From the sequence record MZ443780.1: a stretch of 64,000 nucleotides of DNA. One strand, 5' to 3'. A model generated the notes under the pieces. The model ran no database searches and was not told the DNA's origin. It was given only the letters and a program-made list of their open reading frames with translations. This document shows, in pieces, positions 27,108-36,466 of the stretch. Both the position numbers and the translations under genes were made by a program. Each line of letters opens with the position of its first letter. The stretch's first letter is position 1.

Positions 27108-27485
27108 ATGATTGTCATTTGTAACAGTTCAAAACAGTTTTGTGCTGATCGCCTAGCACATGGGGATGCTTTTGTTTTTGGGAAGACACGCATGTTACTA
27201 CGTGCTGACTTCATCGTCCTGACCGACAAGAACAATTGCTTCTATGTAGTACGCAAATCTGATGTTGTTTGGGCTCCCGAGCTTACGGGTGCGACGCATG
27301 TGATTAAAATCCGGGCGTTCGCCCAGATTAAGCCGTTCGAACTTAACGCAGCATGTCCTCAGTTCAATAGCCGTGTGTTTGGAACAATCGCGTTCCGTAA
27401 CCCACACTTCGAACATAGACTTAGCGGTCTAAACTATGTAGAGACAATCTTCGGAGGTTTACATGGCACGGTATCATGTGTTTAG
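27108..27485 (+). CDS. Hypothetical protein
   Basis: 125-aa ORF, more AT-rich codons. Confidence 0.55.
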   Translation: MIVICNSSKQFCADRLAHGDAFVFGKTRMLLRADFIVLTDKNNCFYVVRKSDVVWAPELTGATHVIKIRAFAQIKPFELNAACPQFNSRVFGTIAFRNPHFEHRLSGLNYVETIFGGLHGTVSCV

Positions 27486-27714
27486 CGCTACCCACAAATA
27501 CTACGGCGAAGCATATCAAGGTACGTGGCTGAAAGAGATCGCTCTCAACGGCCAGCAAGTATCAGAAGCCGAGTTTAAAGACTTCGAGACCGCAAAGGAA
27601 TGCGCGGATAAGTTACATCAGGTTTGCGACATAGGGTGGATCGTCTATAACGCTTTTTCAGAAAGAGCGATGTACGACACCCGTACTGAAAGCCAAGAGT
27701 CTGTAAATAACTAG
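27463..27714 (+). CDS. Hypothetical protein
   Basis: GGAGGT SD. Confidence 0.7.
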   Translation: MARYHVFSATHKYYGEAYQGTWLKEIALNGQQVSEAEFKDFETAKECADKLHQVCDIGWIVYNAFSERAMYDTRTESQESVNN

Positions 27715-27786
27715 CAGGCTCGCCTGCACTTCTACTCAACGTGGAGCTTACGGGCTTCACAAAATTCACTATCAATGAGGTTCAAA

Positions 27787-28299
27787 ATGAAATTCACTTC
27801 AATCGCTATCGCACTGGTCATGGCTGCTTCTTCTGCTAACGCTGCAAACTTCAAAGCGCCAGCTCCTGCTGCGGGCATGGAGTCTTCCGGCATGACTATC
27901 TCTGACAAACTGGACGACTCTTGCCTGAGCAAGCTCGCTGCTGCATCTGACCTGCGTGGCGCTGTTGTTGACTTCGCTGTGTCGCGTGATGCTATCGACA
28001 CGGTAGCTCTTTGGCCTCTCGTCTGTGCGCCGACTGTCGAATCAAAATCAATCGACGTTGAGCGCTCCGGCGCTGACATGACTCTGACGTACATCAACAA
28101 AGATGCGACGATGCCCAAACTCGTTCTGGTGCTGCAACGTGTCAAGTCTGAAAACGACGACGATGCACCTGCGTATCAAGTTGTTCAGGTCGGTGATATG
28201 AATGCTATGGGTTATGAAGAACAGGCCGCCGTCAAAGACTGGCTGCTTGATTGCTATGCAGCTACCGTACAAGATGACCTGACGGTGGTACTGAACTAA
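27787..28299 (+). CDS. Secreted/periplasmic protein (Sec signal peptide)
   Basis: MKFTSIAIALVMAASSANA|A has a basic N-region, hydrophobic core and AxA site; GAGGT SD. Confidence 0.75.
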   Translation: MKFTSIAIALVMAASSANAANFKAPAPAAGMESSGMTISDKLDDSCLSKLAAASDLRGAVVDFAVSRDAIDTVALWPLVCAPTVESKSIDVERSGADMTLTYINKDATMPKLVLVLQRVKSENDDDAPAYQVVQVGDMNAMGYEEQAAVKDWLLDCYAATVQDDLTVVLN

Positions 28300-28607
28300 T
28301 GCCAAAGAAGGATATGTCTGCGTTCAATGCGCAACGCACTTTAATAAACAAAGCCGCATCAACTCCCGCAGATTGGGAAACGTTCAAACAAATGTTACTC
28401 AATCTGCGTCTGGCTGTTGCTGTTGAGCCTCGTCCTGATGCTGCTGTACGTCACCTTGCGCGTACATGGTACACTGACGACAAATACCCGCTGCCTGTCT
28501 GCAAAGCAACGCTGTTGAAACTTATGGCGTTGAAGAAGGCTAACCGCAATCTTGAAGAAATGATCGCGCTCTATATTGACCTCGAAGGAGAAACAACTAA
28601 TGTCTGA
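28299..28607 (+). CDS. Hypothetical protein
   Basis: TAATG coupling. Confidence 0.7.
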   Translation: MPKKDMSAFNAQRTLINKAASTPADWETFKQMLLNLRLAVAVEPRPDAAVRHLARTWYTDDKYPLPVCKATLLKLMALKKANRNLEEMIALYIDLEGETTNV

Positions 28608-29796
28608 TCTGAATGAACTGTCTGTGGCCGCTCGTCGTCTGTTTGCTAACGGTGATGCTCATGTGCGTGATGCGCTTCGTGCCGTAGCAAACACGGTTAT
28701 CGCAGACTCTGCTCGATTCAAGTATGAGTTCTCCGAGCCTGCTGTCGAGTCTGTCTATCGTACTCTCGAAAGTCTGACGTTCTCAGGTGACGGTACGTTG
28801 CTTCTGCCCGCAGATGAAATTTATGCGTTTGACCAGCTTCTGAACAAGAAGTACCGCGACAACTTCTACTCGTCTGTGTGCAACGTTGCGTTCACTCAAC
28901 GGCAAACCAACCCGCGTACTTCAATGCTCGAAGCGTTCCCGCGCAGCAACGAATACATGTGCGAAATTCTGGCTCGCGCATTTGTGTGGGTGCTGATGCA
29001 GACTGGACTGGATAATCTTCTGGTAAAAGATTGCATCGTTGCTGGTCACACGCGTCTGCCGCAATTCATTATTGCGTTGCAGACAGAAGGTCAAGACGAA
29101 GGCTACACCAGCCTGTTCTCGCTATTCAACCCACTGTCCGATGATTATCAGGTAGTGTCTGCTACAAACTTCTTCCCAGAAGAATACCGTAAGCAGTTGC
29201 TGGCAGAAGCTACAGGGAATCTGCCGCCTGAGTACCGAGAAGTTGACAACATGACATTCGAACAACTCGGTGCGCTGTTGACTCGTCTTAACTTGGTAGG
29301 CCCAGCGTCTGCTAAGAAGAAATATCGCTGTGGTTGTGAAGGTGATTGCGAAGATGATTGCGATGCGTCTGGCTCCTCTTACAATAACCTTGAAGACTTC
29401 GATGACGCCAGCGATCTGCGTGACGTCTTCTACAACCACTACGGTTGGCCTGACGACGATATCGAAATTGACGACTCTCTGTGGGTAACTGGTAAGTCGA
29501 AGATGAAAGTCAACATCGACATTCCGGTAGTAACTCTTGCCGAACCTAAAGCTGCGAAAGAGCGTGGCTACAGGTCTAAAAAGATGCCGAAGAAAGCTAT
29601 GGCTAAGTCCGGCACTCGTATTGAACTGGACTACACCCAACAACTGTGGCATCCGGTAACTCTCGATACCGAAGGCGCGAATCGCGTGTTTGCTATCACT
29701 CTCGTTTCTCGTCACACGTCTGGTGTCAATCGCGCAGTAGCTACTGCCCGTGAAGCGTTCGCAATTGCCGCCGTACTTGCTGATCTTGACAAATAA
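28600..29796 (+). CDS. Hypothetical protein with acidic/Cys and Lys-rich patches
   Basis: AAGGAG SD before ATG 28600. Confidence 0.8.
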   Translation: MSDLNELSVAARRLFANGDAHVRDALRAVANTVIADSARFKYEFSEPAVESVYRTLESLTFSGDGTLLLPADEIYAFDQLLNKKYRDNFYSSVCNVAFTQRQTNPRTSMLEAFPRSNEYMCEILARAFVWVLMQTGLDNLLVKDCIVAGHTRLPQFIIALQTEGQDEGYTSLFSLFNPLSDDYQVVSATNFFPEEYRKQLLAEATGNLPPEYREVDNMTFEQLGALLTRLNLVGPASAKKKYRCGCEGDCEDDCDASGSSYNNLEDFDDASDLRDVFYNHYGWPDDDIEIDDSLWVTGKSKMKVNIDIPVVTLAEPKAAKERGYRSKKMPKKAMAKSGTRIELDYTQQLWHPVTLDTEGANRVFAITLVSRHTSGVNRAVATAREAFAIAAVLADLDK

Positions 29797-29841
29797 CTGG
29801 ACAAACTAGCGCTTCGATTTGAGGCGCTTTTCTGCTATAAT
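29788..29841 (+). promoter_or_regulatory. Class I early promoter with a terminator-like spacer hairpin
   Basis: GACAAATAACTGGACAAAC ... AGCGCTTC-GATTT-GAGGCGCT-TTT ... TG-C-TATAAT; offset 38. Confidence 0.75.
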
Positions 29842-29908
29842 AGCAGCTAGAGCAATATAGCTCTCAACGTCATTTTTAACTATACGTTTATCACGGGAAA
29901 CTTTTATA

Positions 29909-30211
29909 ATGTCACGCAAAATTTCACGCAAGAAAGCAGTCGACCTGATGTCCAAAACTTACAACGCAAAACATCCTGAATATCTTCCGCGTCTGTTAGC
30001 CGAAGATATGGACTCGACTCACCTGTTCGAGTTTCGTGAGATGGTCGTTGCTAAGATTCAGGCTGGCGAAGACCCAACTAAAGTTGTCGATGATATGATC
30101 GACACTGCGATTCGTGTGACTCAGGTTCGTCGTCGCACCAGCAACGACTACAACCCGAAAATTGCAGACGTACTTACTGACGAACTGCGTGATATGCTCC
30201 GTAACCTCTAA
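29909..30211 (+). CDS. Hypothetical protein
   Basis: First gene after a class I promoter. Confidence 0.75.
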   Translation: MSRKISRKKAVDLMSKTYNAKHPEYLPRLLAEDMDSTHLFEFREMVVAKIQAGEDPTKVVDDMIDTAIRVTQVRRRTSNDYNPKIADVLTDELRDMLRNL

Positions 30212-30219
30212 GGATAAAA

Positions 30220-30774
30220 ATGAAAAGCTACGGTTACTTCTATATTCTGAATCACATCGCTATGGCCGTAGATGCACCCAACAAGGAAGTTGGGTTTAAA
30301 GCTCTCGTTGAACTGGACATGTTCAATCGCGCATCTATCTTCACTCGTCCTGATAGCGAACCACGCGCTGCAAAGCTCGTTCGTGATCTGACAGACGCTA
30401 TCTATCCGAAGTCTGCTGATGCAAACCCGACTATCGAGCAACGCATGATGCTTGTGCAAGCGCTGCACGATCAGGAACTCGAATCGATCTTAGGTGACAT
30501 TCGCTTCTTCGTGCCGTTCGCGTACACGAAAGAGCAGTTGACCGAGCAGTTCGGTTTCTTCGATACAGGCGAAGCGCTCAACGTGCCGTACTTCTTACGT
30601 CACATGTTCATGGATGATCAAGCTGTCTTCTGTGACGGCAAGCTGACTAGCTTCGCTCATTCATGTACTCACGGTGAAGTATCTCAGACTGCCCGTCAGT
30701 ACGGTCTCTTCCCTGCTCAGGCGTATGGCAAAAACGATATCCCTGAGCGTTACAAACATCTGCCTCTGTTTTAG
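30220..30774 (+). CDS. Hypothetical protein
   Basis: AAGGA SD. Confidence 0.75.
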   Translation: MKSYGYFYILNHIAMAVDAPNKEVGFKALVELDMFNRASIFTRPDSEPRAAKLVRDLTDAIYPKSADANPTIEQRMMLVQALHDQELESILGDIRFFVPFAYTKEQLTEQFGFFDTGEALNVPYFLRHMFMDDQAVFCDGKLTSFAHSCTHGEVSQTARQYGLFPAQAYGKNDIPERYKHLPLF

Positions 30775-30786
30775 GAGACACTGCTC

Positions 30787-31245
30787 ATGGGAGTTGTTCG
30801 CGGTATAACAGCAACCACGTTCCCATCACGGGGACGTGACGAGGGCCAGAAGATTGCTCTCAAGACTCGCTGGGGAATCTACCCAGCAGTCATCGTTCGT
30901 CAAGACAACGATCAGCCATACAATGAGATATGGAAGATCGATGCGAAGAATCTTCCTCGTCGCTATTTCACCGAGAGCGACGACCTGTTCGTGTCGCGTC
31001 ATTACATTGAGAACTACGCCAAGCATTCGCCTATCTGTGCTAAGGGTGAGCTTGAAGGTCAGTTTGTCGATGTAGTGTTTGACTACGACACGGCGAACAA
31101 ATGCGAGGGCGTCATCATGACGCATCGTGATCTGCTTTTGGTAATTCTGATTACCACGGGCCCACATTCAGGACGCTACGTCACAGGCAAAGAATGTCAG
31201 TACGCACCGCGTCCTCGTTCCACCAAAGAACTAATCGACAACTAA
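30787..31245 (+). CDS. Hypothetical protein, probably two tandem small beta (SH3-like) domains
   Basis: Parallel segments RGRDEGQKI and KGELEGQFV; ends ECQY. Confidence 0.65.
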   Translation: MGVVRGITATTFPSRGRDEGQKIALKTRWGIYPAVIVRQDNDQPYNEIWKIDAKNLPRRYFTESDDLFVSRHYIENYAKHSPICAKGELEGQFVDVVFDYDTANKCEGVIMTHRDLLLVILITTGPHSGRYVTGKECQYAPRPRSTKELIDN

Positions 31246-31255
31246 GGATATAAGA

Positions 31256-31825
31256 ATGCAATTTAAAGTAATGCCAGATCTCGAACGTTTCCCTGACTTC
31301 ATTATGCCTAAACGCGCCACTGCGCATTCTGCTGGGTTTGATTTGTTTGCTCAGGAAGATATGATTATCACTGAACAAACAACTCTGTTCGAGCTGGGCT
31401 TCAAAGCTGCCGTACCCCGCGACTTTAGCGGCGCAAATGATCAGGTACCGAAAGAGTATGTCGGCATCATCTTCCCTCGCAGCGGCCTGGGTGCTAAGTT
31501 CAACTGCCAACTGTCAAACACTCTGGGCGTTATTGATTGTGATTATCGCGGTCAGTGGATGGCTGCCATGCACCTCGGCGGTAAAGGCACTAAGAGCGGC
31601 GCACTTGAAAAAGTACGTGCTTTATTACAGCGCGTTGCGCCTGCGGTCGCTTCTCTGGTATCTGGTCCCGACACCCAACTTGCGCTTCACATCAAACGCG
31701 GCGAAGCATTTGCACAAGTGCTGTTCTTCGAAGTGCCTATGATGGATATCGTTCAGGTGGCCGAGCTGGACGACACTGAGCGCGGCGAGGGTGGCTTCGG
31801 TTCTACCACGAAGTCTCGTGGTTAG
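31256..31825 (+). CDS. dut: Trimeric dUTPase with an insertion
   Basis: SAGFDL, FPRSGLG, GVIDCDYRG, GEAFAQ, RGEGGFGST. Confidence 0.93.
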   Translation: MQFKVMPDLERFPDFIMPKRATAHSAGFDLFAQEDMIITEQTTLFELGFKAAVPRDFSGANDQVPKEYVGIIFPRSGLGAKFNCQLSNTLGVIDCDYRGQWMAAMHLGGKGTKSGALEKVRALLQRVAPAVASLVSGPDTQLALHIKRGEAFAQVLFFEVPMMDIVQVAELDDTERGEGGFGSTTKSRG

Positions 31826-32033
31826 TTTCATTGTCATATTGACTGCCTACTATATTGTGGGCGTCATCATTTTTGTGCGGGACGTCATGAGCCTTGACGA
31901 CGATGATCCAGCGCTCAAGATTCTCAATCAAACATTGGACAAAGAAAGCGACCGAAGCGTTCTTTGGACGGCAGTGAAGCTGGCAACGTTCATTGTATTC
32001 GTGCATATCCCTATGTGGATTATCCGATTATAG
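31818..32033 (+). CDS. Small 2-TM membrane protein
   Basis: GTG start overlapping the dut stop; VSFIVILTAYYIVGVIIFV and WTAVKLATFIVFVHIPMWII. Confidence 0.55.
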   Translation: MVSFIVILTAYYIVGVIIFVRDVMSLDDDDPALKILNQTLDKESDRSVLWTAVKLATFIVFVHIPMWIIRL

Positions 32034-32091
32034 TGATGTTACTCACACGAGGGGCCTTACGTGGGCTCCTCATTATCGTAATATAAACACT

Positions 32092-32406
32092 ATGGCAAAG
32101 AAAACTTATCTGCTACCCCGAGAGCGACCAAGCCCGTTGCCTAACTTACGAGCCTATCTCGCGTATCTCGCCCGGAAGCCAAACGCTAATCGTGAAGTAT
32201 TAGAATCGTACTGCAAAGCAAGTCTGGCCCAGATGCGTCGCAATCGTTTCTTTGTAGGTAAACTCTTTGGCTATAAGGTGTATACGAAGTCGAACAAGCT
32301 CGCATACACGGTTGTGTGGATTGACCCATACAACTATGACTGTCTTGTTCTGAATCATCAAAGGAGAGAAGTAGAGTTCAAAAACCTTTATGGCCTGCTT
32401 TTATAG
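32092..32406 (+). CDS. Basic hypothetical protein
   Basis: ATG 32092 after a GC hairpin at 32049-32071. Confidence 0.6.
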   Translation: MAKKTYLLPRERPSPLPNLRAYLAYLARKPNANREVLESYCKASLAQMRRNRFFVGKLFGYKVYTKSNKLAYTVVWIDPYNYDCLVLNHQRREVEFKNLYGLLL

Positions 32407-32443
32407 TTAGGTCCTAGCGCCTTCACACTAGGGGATTCTTCCG

Positions 32444-33124
32444 ATGATAACTGTTCTTAACAATCGTACCGACGAGGTAATTAAACGCCTGAACGTAGCA
32501 GTATGGTCTTGTGTAGCGTTTGCAACTGTATGTCTGATTGCAGTGCTCTTAACGCCAGCAAACGCCAGTATGTCTACAGGCCCTGACAACGCCATTGATA
32601 TGTCTTCCACCGTGTCGCTCGATCCCTCCAATCGTGTAGCGACAAAATACAAGGAGATCGAAAAGGCAATTGTAGTCAAAGAGGAACGAAGGCCAAAACG
32701 CTATGTAACACGCGAGCGCCTCCGACAACTCTATGCGCATCTGCCTCACCCGACTGACTTAGGCAAGCAGATTGATTTGGCCGCAGAGAAGTACAGTGTA
32801 GACGCAAAATTGCTTCTCTCTATCTGCGTCTCCGAGTCGCATCTTCGTGCTAAAGTCAGGAACAAGTCCGGCGCTACTGGCTTATGTCAAGTAATGCCAA
32901 AGATGCACGGACGTTCTGCACGGGAACTCATGGACTACCGAATCAATCTTGATCAGGCAGCCCAGATAGTAGCAACACTAAACAAGCAGTGTAAAGGTCG
33001 TCGTGCTTGTGTCATTCAGGCATACAACACTGGTTGGGGAGCATATTTAAAAGGTGTGCGTTCACCACAATACTTAGCGAAAGTCCAGACCGAGTATCGC
33101 AAAAAGCATACTCCTTCTTCCTGA
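32444..33124 (+). CDS. Lytic transglycosylase (SLT family) with an N-terminal hydrophobic anchor
   Basis: AAEKYSVD..LL.SI..SES, ATGLCQVMP, NLDQAA, AYNTG. Confidence 0.85.
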   Translation: MITVLNNRTDEVIKRLNVAVWSCVAFATVCLIAVLLTPANASMSTGPDNAIDMSSTVSLDPSNRVATKYKEIEKAIVVKEERRPKRYVTRERLRQLYAHLPHPTDLGKQIDLAAEKYSVDAKLLLSICVSESHLRAKVRNKSGATGLCQVMPKMHGRSARELMDYRINLDQAAQIVATLNKQCKGRRACVIQAYNTGWGAYLKGVRSPQYLAKVQTEYRKKHTPSS

Positions 33125-33138
33125 TAGAGGATATAATA

Positions 33139-33813
33139 ATGAACATGAATATCACCACACTGTACAAGATGCAATTCCAGTTGCTGAAACCTTTCTCGCC
33201 TCGTCAGGAGTATGCGCTTGTTGTGCTGCTTAATGACAACGTGCGTGATGGTGACGTTGCTGCAATGGCAGAGATAATCGTTCGTGACTACCCGCACGTT
33301 GCTCGTCTGTATGACGCGTTCGCTGCGGCTAATCAGTATGAAAACGCAGTGCCATTCATCGTGCCTGTGTTGAACTCGGAAGAAGTGACCGAAGAGATCT
33401 TCTGCATCCGTGATCACGCGCTGGTTGTAGCCCCGGAATTACGTGAACTCCTGCAACAGGCTTTATCTCGCGTTGTGATGATGCGCGAAACGCCTGATGA
33501 ATTGCTGATGCGTGACGGCATCGAACTGATCTTAGTCGCAGACGCTATTCCACATCTGCTCGGTCAGTTTGTTGACAGTATGCTTGACGCGTACAACTGT
33601 GGTGTGTTGCCAATGGTCGTGCGTCCGACTAAAGGTCAACAGGCGATGCGTGATGATCGTCTGCTGTCCTTCGAGTTGCTGCGCGAACATGATATGTTCT
33701 CTGGAAGTCTGGACTTCACTAAAGCATTACAGCCGAGCGAACGTGCTCGCGTTGTAGCCCAACAACTGCTTGCCCGCTTGCGCAATAACACGCTGCAAGC
33801 TGTAACACAATAA
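33139..33813 (+). CDS. Hypothetical protein
   Basis: GAGGA SD before ATG 33139. Confidence 0.75.
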   Translation: MNMNITTLYKMQFQLLKPFSPRQEYALVVLLNDNVRDGDVAAMAEIIVRDYPHVARLYDAFAAANQYENAVPFIVPVLNSEEVTEEIFCIRDHALVVAPELRELLQQALSRVVMMRETPDELLMRDGIELILVADAIPHLLGQFVDSMLDAYNCGVLPMVVRPTKGQQAMRDDRLLSFELLREHDMFSGSLDFTKALQPSERARVVAQQLLARLRNNTLQAVTQ

Positions 33814-33816
33814 AAC

Positions 33817-33848
33817 AAACGGGAGACCTTAACTGGTTTCCCGTTTTT
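33817..33848 (+). terminator. Intrinsic terminator
   Basis: AAACGGGAGACC-TTAACT-GGTTTCCCGTTT-TT. Confidence 0.85.
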
Positions 33849-33873
33849 CATTTCTGCGCAAATTTTTGAGACT

Positions 33874-34824
33874 ATGACAATGACAAAGACTGCTACCTTC
33901 CCGTGGAAAAGTGCCGACCATCGTAACGTGGATTTCGCACTGCGTATCAACAAACTGAATCTGATGGAAACGTGGAACTACGTTAAGGCTAATAACAAGC
34001 CTGACGCAGAAGGTGACGCGCTTCTATCCATGATGCACTACCACTCTACCGAGCACATGCGTCAGGTAACAGTGATTGCTCTCTGGTTGTTAGAGCGTGA
34101 GTCAGAACAAGCATGGCAGTATGACGTCGGTGCGTTACCTCTGGCAGTCGCGTGTATGTTCCACGACATGAATCACTCGCTCGGTAAAACTGACGACGAG
34201 CAGAACGTGGCCGTAGCCCAAGAGGCATTCAAGCAGTATCTCACTGTTACCGAAGATCAGCGTATCATCGATCAACAGGACATTATTCTTGAGCTGATCA
34301 AAATCACTCAATTCCCGTACTCGGGGACACGTCAGCCGAAGAATCTTGTCGAGCGCTGCATCCGTGATGCGGATATCCTGTACGGTATGCAGGAAGATGT
34401 TATCGACTATGTAATGTTTTCGCTTCGCCGTGAACTGAATCGTCGTCCGAAAACTTCTACGTTGAAGTATGACCGAGAGCAGTGGGCAGCAATGCGCATT
34501 GACTTCCTGTTCTCAATCGAAATCTATACGCCGACAGCCGAAGCAATCATGGGCTGGGAGTTGTCTTCGACCAACGACAATAGCCACGAAGATAAATTGC
34601 AGGCGTGGGTGAGCGATGACCCTGTGTTCTACGTTACCACCGCAAATGCGTTGAAAGCGAATGACGTGTTGTTTATCGACACGCCAGAAGACGCAACGAC
34701 GAAGCGCCGTCTGATCGAGCGCATTACAGACATGGGTGTTGGCTTCAACATCTATTTCAATGACGGTGACTCGCTTCATCTGCGCAACGGTGAGAAGTGC
34801 GTAGCAGTCGAAAGACGCAAATAA
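33874..34824 (+). CDS. HD-domain metal-dependent phosphohydrolase
   Basis: YHSTEH...ACMFHDMNHS...DE...LIKITQFP...IRDADIL. Confidence 0.8.
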   Translation: MTMTKTATFPWKSADHRNVDFALRINKLNLMETWNYVKANNKPDAEGDALLSMMHYHSTEHMRQVTVIALWLLERESEQAWQYDVGALPLAVACMFHDMNHSLGKTDDEQNVAVAQEAFKQYLTVTEDQRIIDQQDIILELIKITQFPYSGTRQPKNLVERCIRDADILYGMQEDVIDYVMFSLRRELNRRPKTSTLKYDREQWAAMRIDFLFSIEIYTPTAEAIMGWELSSTNDNSHEDKLQAWVSDDPVFYVTTANALKANDVLFIDTPEDATTKRRLIERITDMGVGFNIYFNDGDSLHLRNGEKCVAVERRK

Positions 34825-34869
34825 TAGGCTGAAATCGCCGTACTGTCTAAAGTGCGTTTATGCTACAAT
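34817..34869 (+). promoter_or_regulatory. Class I early promoter (variant box)
   Basis: GCAAATAATAGGCTGAAAT ... TG-C-TACAAT; offset 38. Confidence 0.6.
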
Positions 34870-34901
34870 ATGCGTAGACGCACTAACAAAGAGAAAACGA
34901 T

Positions 34902-35606
34902 ATGAAGCCATTAAAACGCATCTATATTGGTTCAGATACAAATCTGTTTGCGATTAACGCCATCGTCCATCGAACCGCATTTATGTATTTGGACGTCACG
35001 GTACATTCTGATACTCGGGGAGACAGGGAAATAAAATTACCTGTGCGTGTCAATCCTGATGTTCCTGCCGAATTACGTATGGCCGGTGTGAGTTATGGTA
35101 TATACATGCCTGTATTAGCGTGTCACCCTGCTTCTGATACCGAGTTCCACATTGAGCTGGGTTACACCGATGTTGACGCGAAGCACTTCGACCTGTACAG
35201 CCAGAAGTGTACGCACTGGGCGTATATGGGGCTGCTGCCGGATGTAGCTACTTCTGATGTGCGTGATGCTCGGTACGTTGCCCCGTTGCGTGTGTACGAA
35301 GTACCGAAGCCATTCAACATGCCTGCCAGATATCACCACTATCGCAAATACGGCGCATCGTTGCGTACTGACTATCTGCGTACTTCTGCGCTCGATAGCA
35401 TTGACGATGAAACGTGGGCGGCGCTTCTAAGCAAACCTGACCACGGTACTTCATGGTCGCAGTTCTTGAACTCTGTTACTAATGGTCGCTTGACGCCGCA
35501 TGACGATCTGTCCGAGTGTCTCGTAGACATTGACCAAGAGTTCATGCCCGAGAACGTCATTAAACGTCTGCGTCTTGCTCAACTCGAAAGACGCCTGAGA
35601 GGTTAA
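34902..35606 (+). CDS. Hypothetical protein
   Basis: 234-aa ORF after a promoter. Confidence 0.7.
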   Translation: MKPLKRIYIGSDTNLFAINAIVHRTAFMYLDVTVHSDTRGDREIKLPVRVNPDVPAELRMAGVSYGIYMPVLACHPASDTEFHIELGYTDVDAKHFDLYSQKCTHWAYMGLLPDVATSDVRDARYVAPLRVYEVPKPFNMPARYHHYRKYGASLRTDYLRTSALDSIDDETWAALLSKPDHGTSWSQFLNSVTNGRLTPHDDLSECLVDIDQEFMPENVIKRLRLAQLERRLRG

Positions 35607-35608
35607 TC

Positions 35609-35839
35609 ATGATGCACGATATATACAAGGTGAGTGCTGTCCTGTTCTATCTGCTTGGCGCTATGGCTTTCCTTGCACATATCGTTGGCTTCGTGAAGAA
35701 CTGGATGAAGATAAAAGAGATGCGGCAGAAAGCACAGGCGAAGATTGCTAAAGTGAAAACGCCGCATGAATTGATTAAACGCCGCTTGCGTAAAGCAGAA
35801 GAACGCGCACGGTACCGCCCGCGTAAGATAGGAAATTGA
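35609..35839 (+). CDS. Small membrane-anchored basic protein
   Basis: GAGGT SD; N-terminal TM followed by a K/R-rich tail. Confidence 0.65.
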   Translation: MMHDIYKVSAVLFYLLGAMAFLAHIVGFVKNWMKIKEMRQKAQAKIAKVKTPHELIKRRLRKAEERARYRPRKIGN

Positions 35840-35841
35840 CT

Positions 35842-36150
35842 ATGCCTGTTGTTACTCGCAGTAAACGTCTGGAAGATAAAGTCAAACACGCTGTAGAAAT
35901 GTGTTGGGATGAAACTACTACAGACAATGAGGGGCCGAAGACGTATAGTTTCTTGGCCACAACATTTGCACAGGATGGAAAAGAACTGCATGGCAGGGAA
36001 GTGCAAATGATCAACCATATCCTGAGTGATGCGCGTTACGTTAACCTTTATGGGCGCTACGTGACCGCGTTACAAAAGAGCAAGCACGGTGACAGACTCA
36101 TATTCCAACCCGTCGCTGATCTCGAAGACATTATTGAACTGGAGCTGTAA
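35842..36150 (+). CDS. Hypothetical protein
   Basis: AGGA SD. Confidence 0.65.
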   Translation: MPVVTRSKRLEDKVKHAVEMCWDETTTDNEGPKTYSFLATTFAQDGKELHGREVQMINHILSDARYVNLYGRYVTALQKSKHGDRLIFQPVADLEDIIELEL

Positions 36151-36466
36151 CATGGAAAAGATTAAACCTAATCTGCAATATATCCAAACGGTAACGCTGC
36201 GTACTCTTGAGGACATTGCGCAGCGTAAGCGTGAGCGCAATCTTCCGCCTAACACGTCATTCTCTATCAAGCAGTCACATCTGTTCCCTGAGCATGAGAT
36301 GACGATTCGTAATGCAAGCGACATGGCGATCTTTCTATCATCACCGAGTTTGTGTGAAAAGTATGGTCGCTGGGCGATAGCTCCTGAGCGTAATGCACAA
36401 GGGGATCGCGTTGTCGTCTTCGTCCCTGTCCCAGAAATCCCTGATGTTGAGGAGCTGTAACATGGA
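36141..36466 (+). repeat. 16-bp exact direct repeat flanking one gene
   Basis: GGAGCTGTAACATGGA at 36141-36156 and 36451-36466. Confidence 0.85.
36152..36460 (+). CDS. Hypothetical protein bounded by the 16-bp repeats
   Basis: GGAG SD lies within the repeat. Confidence 0.7.
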   Translation: MEKIKPNLQYIQTVTLRTLEDIAQRKRERNLPPNTSFSIKQSHLFPEHEMTIRNASDMAIFLSSPSLCEKYGRWAIAPERNAQGDRVVVFVPVPEIPDVEEL

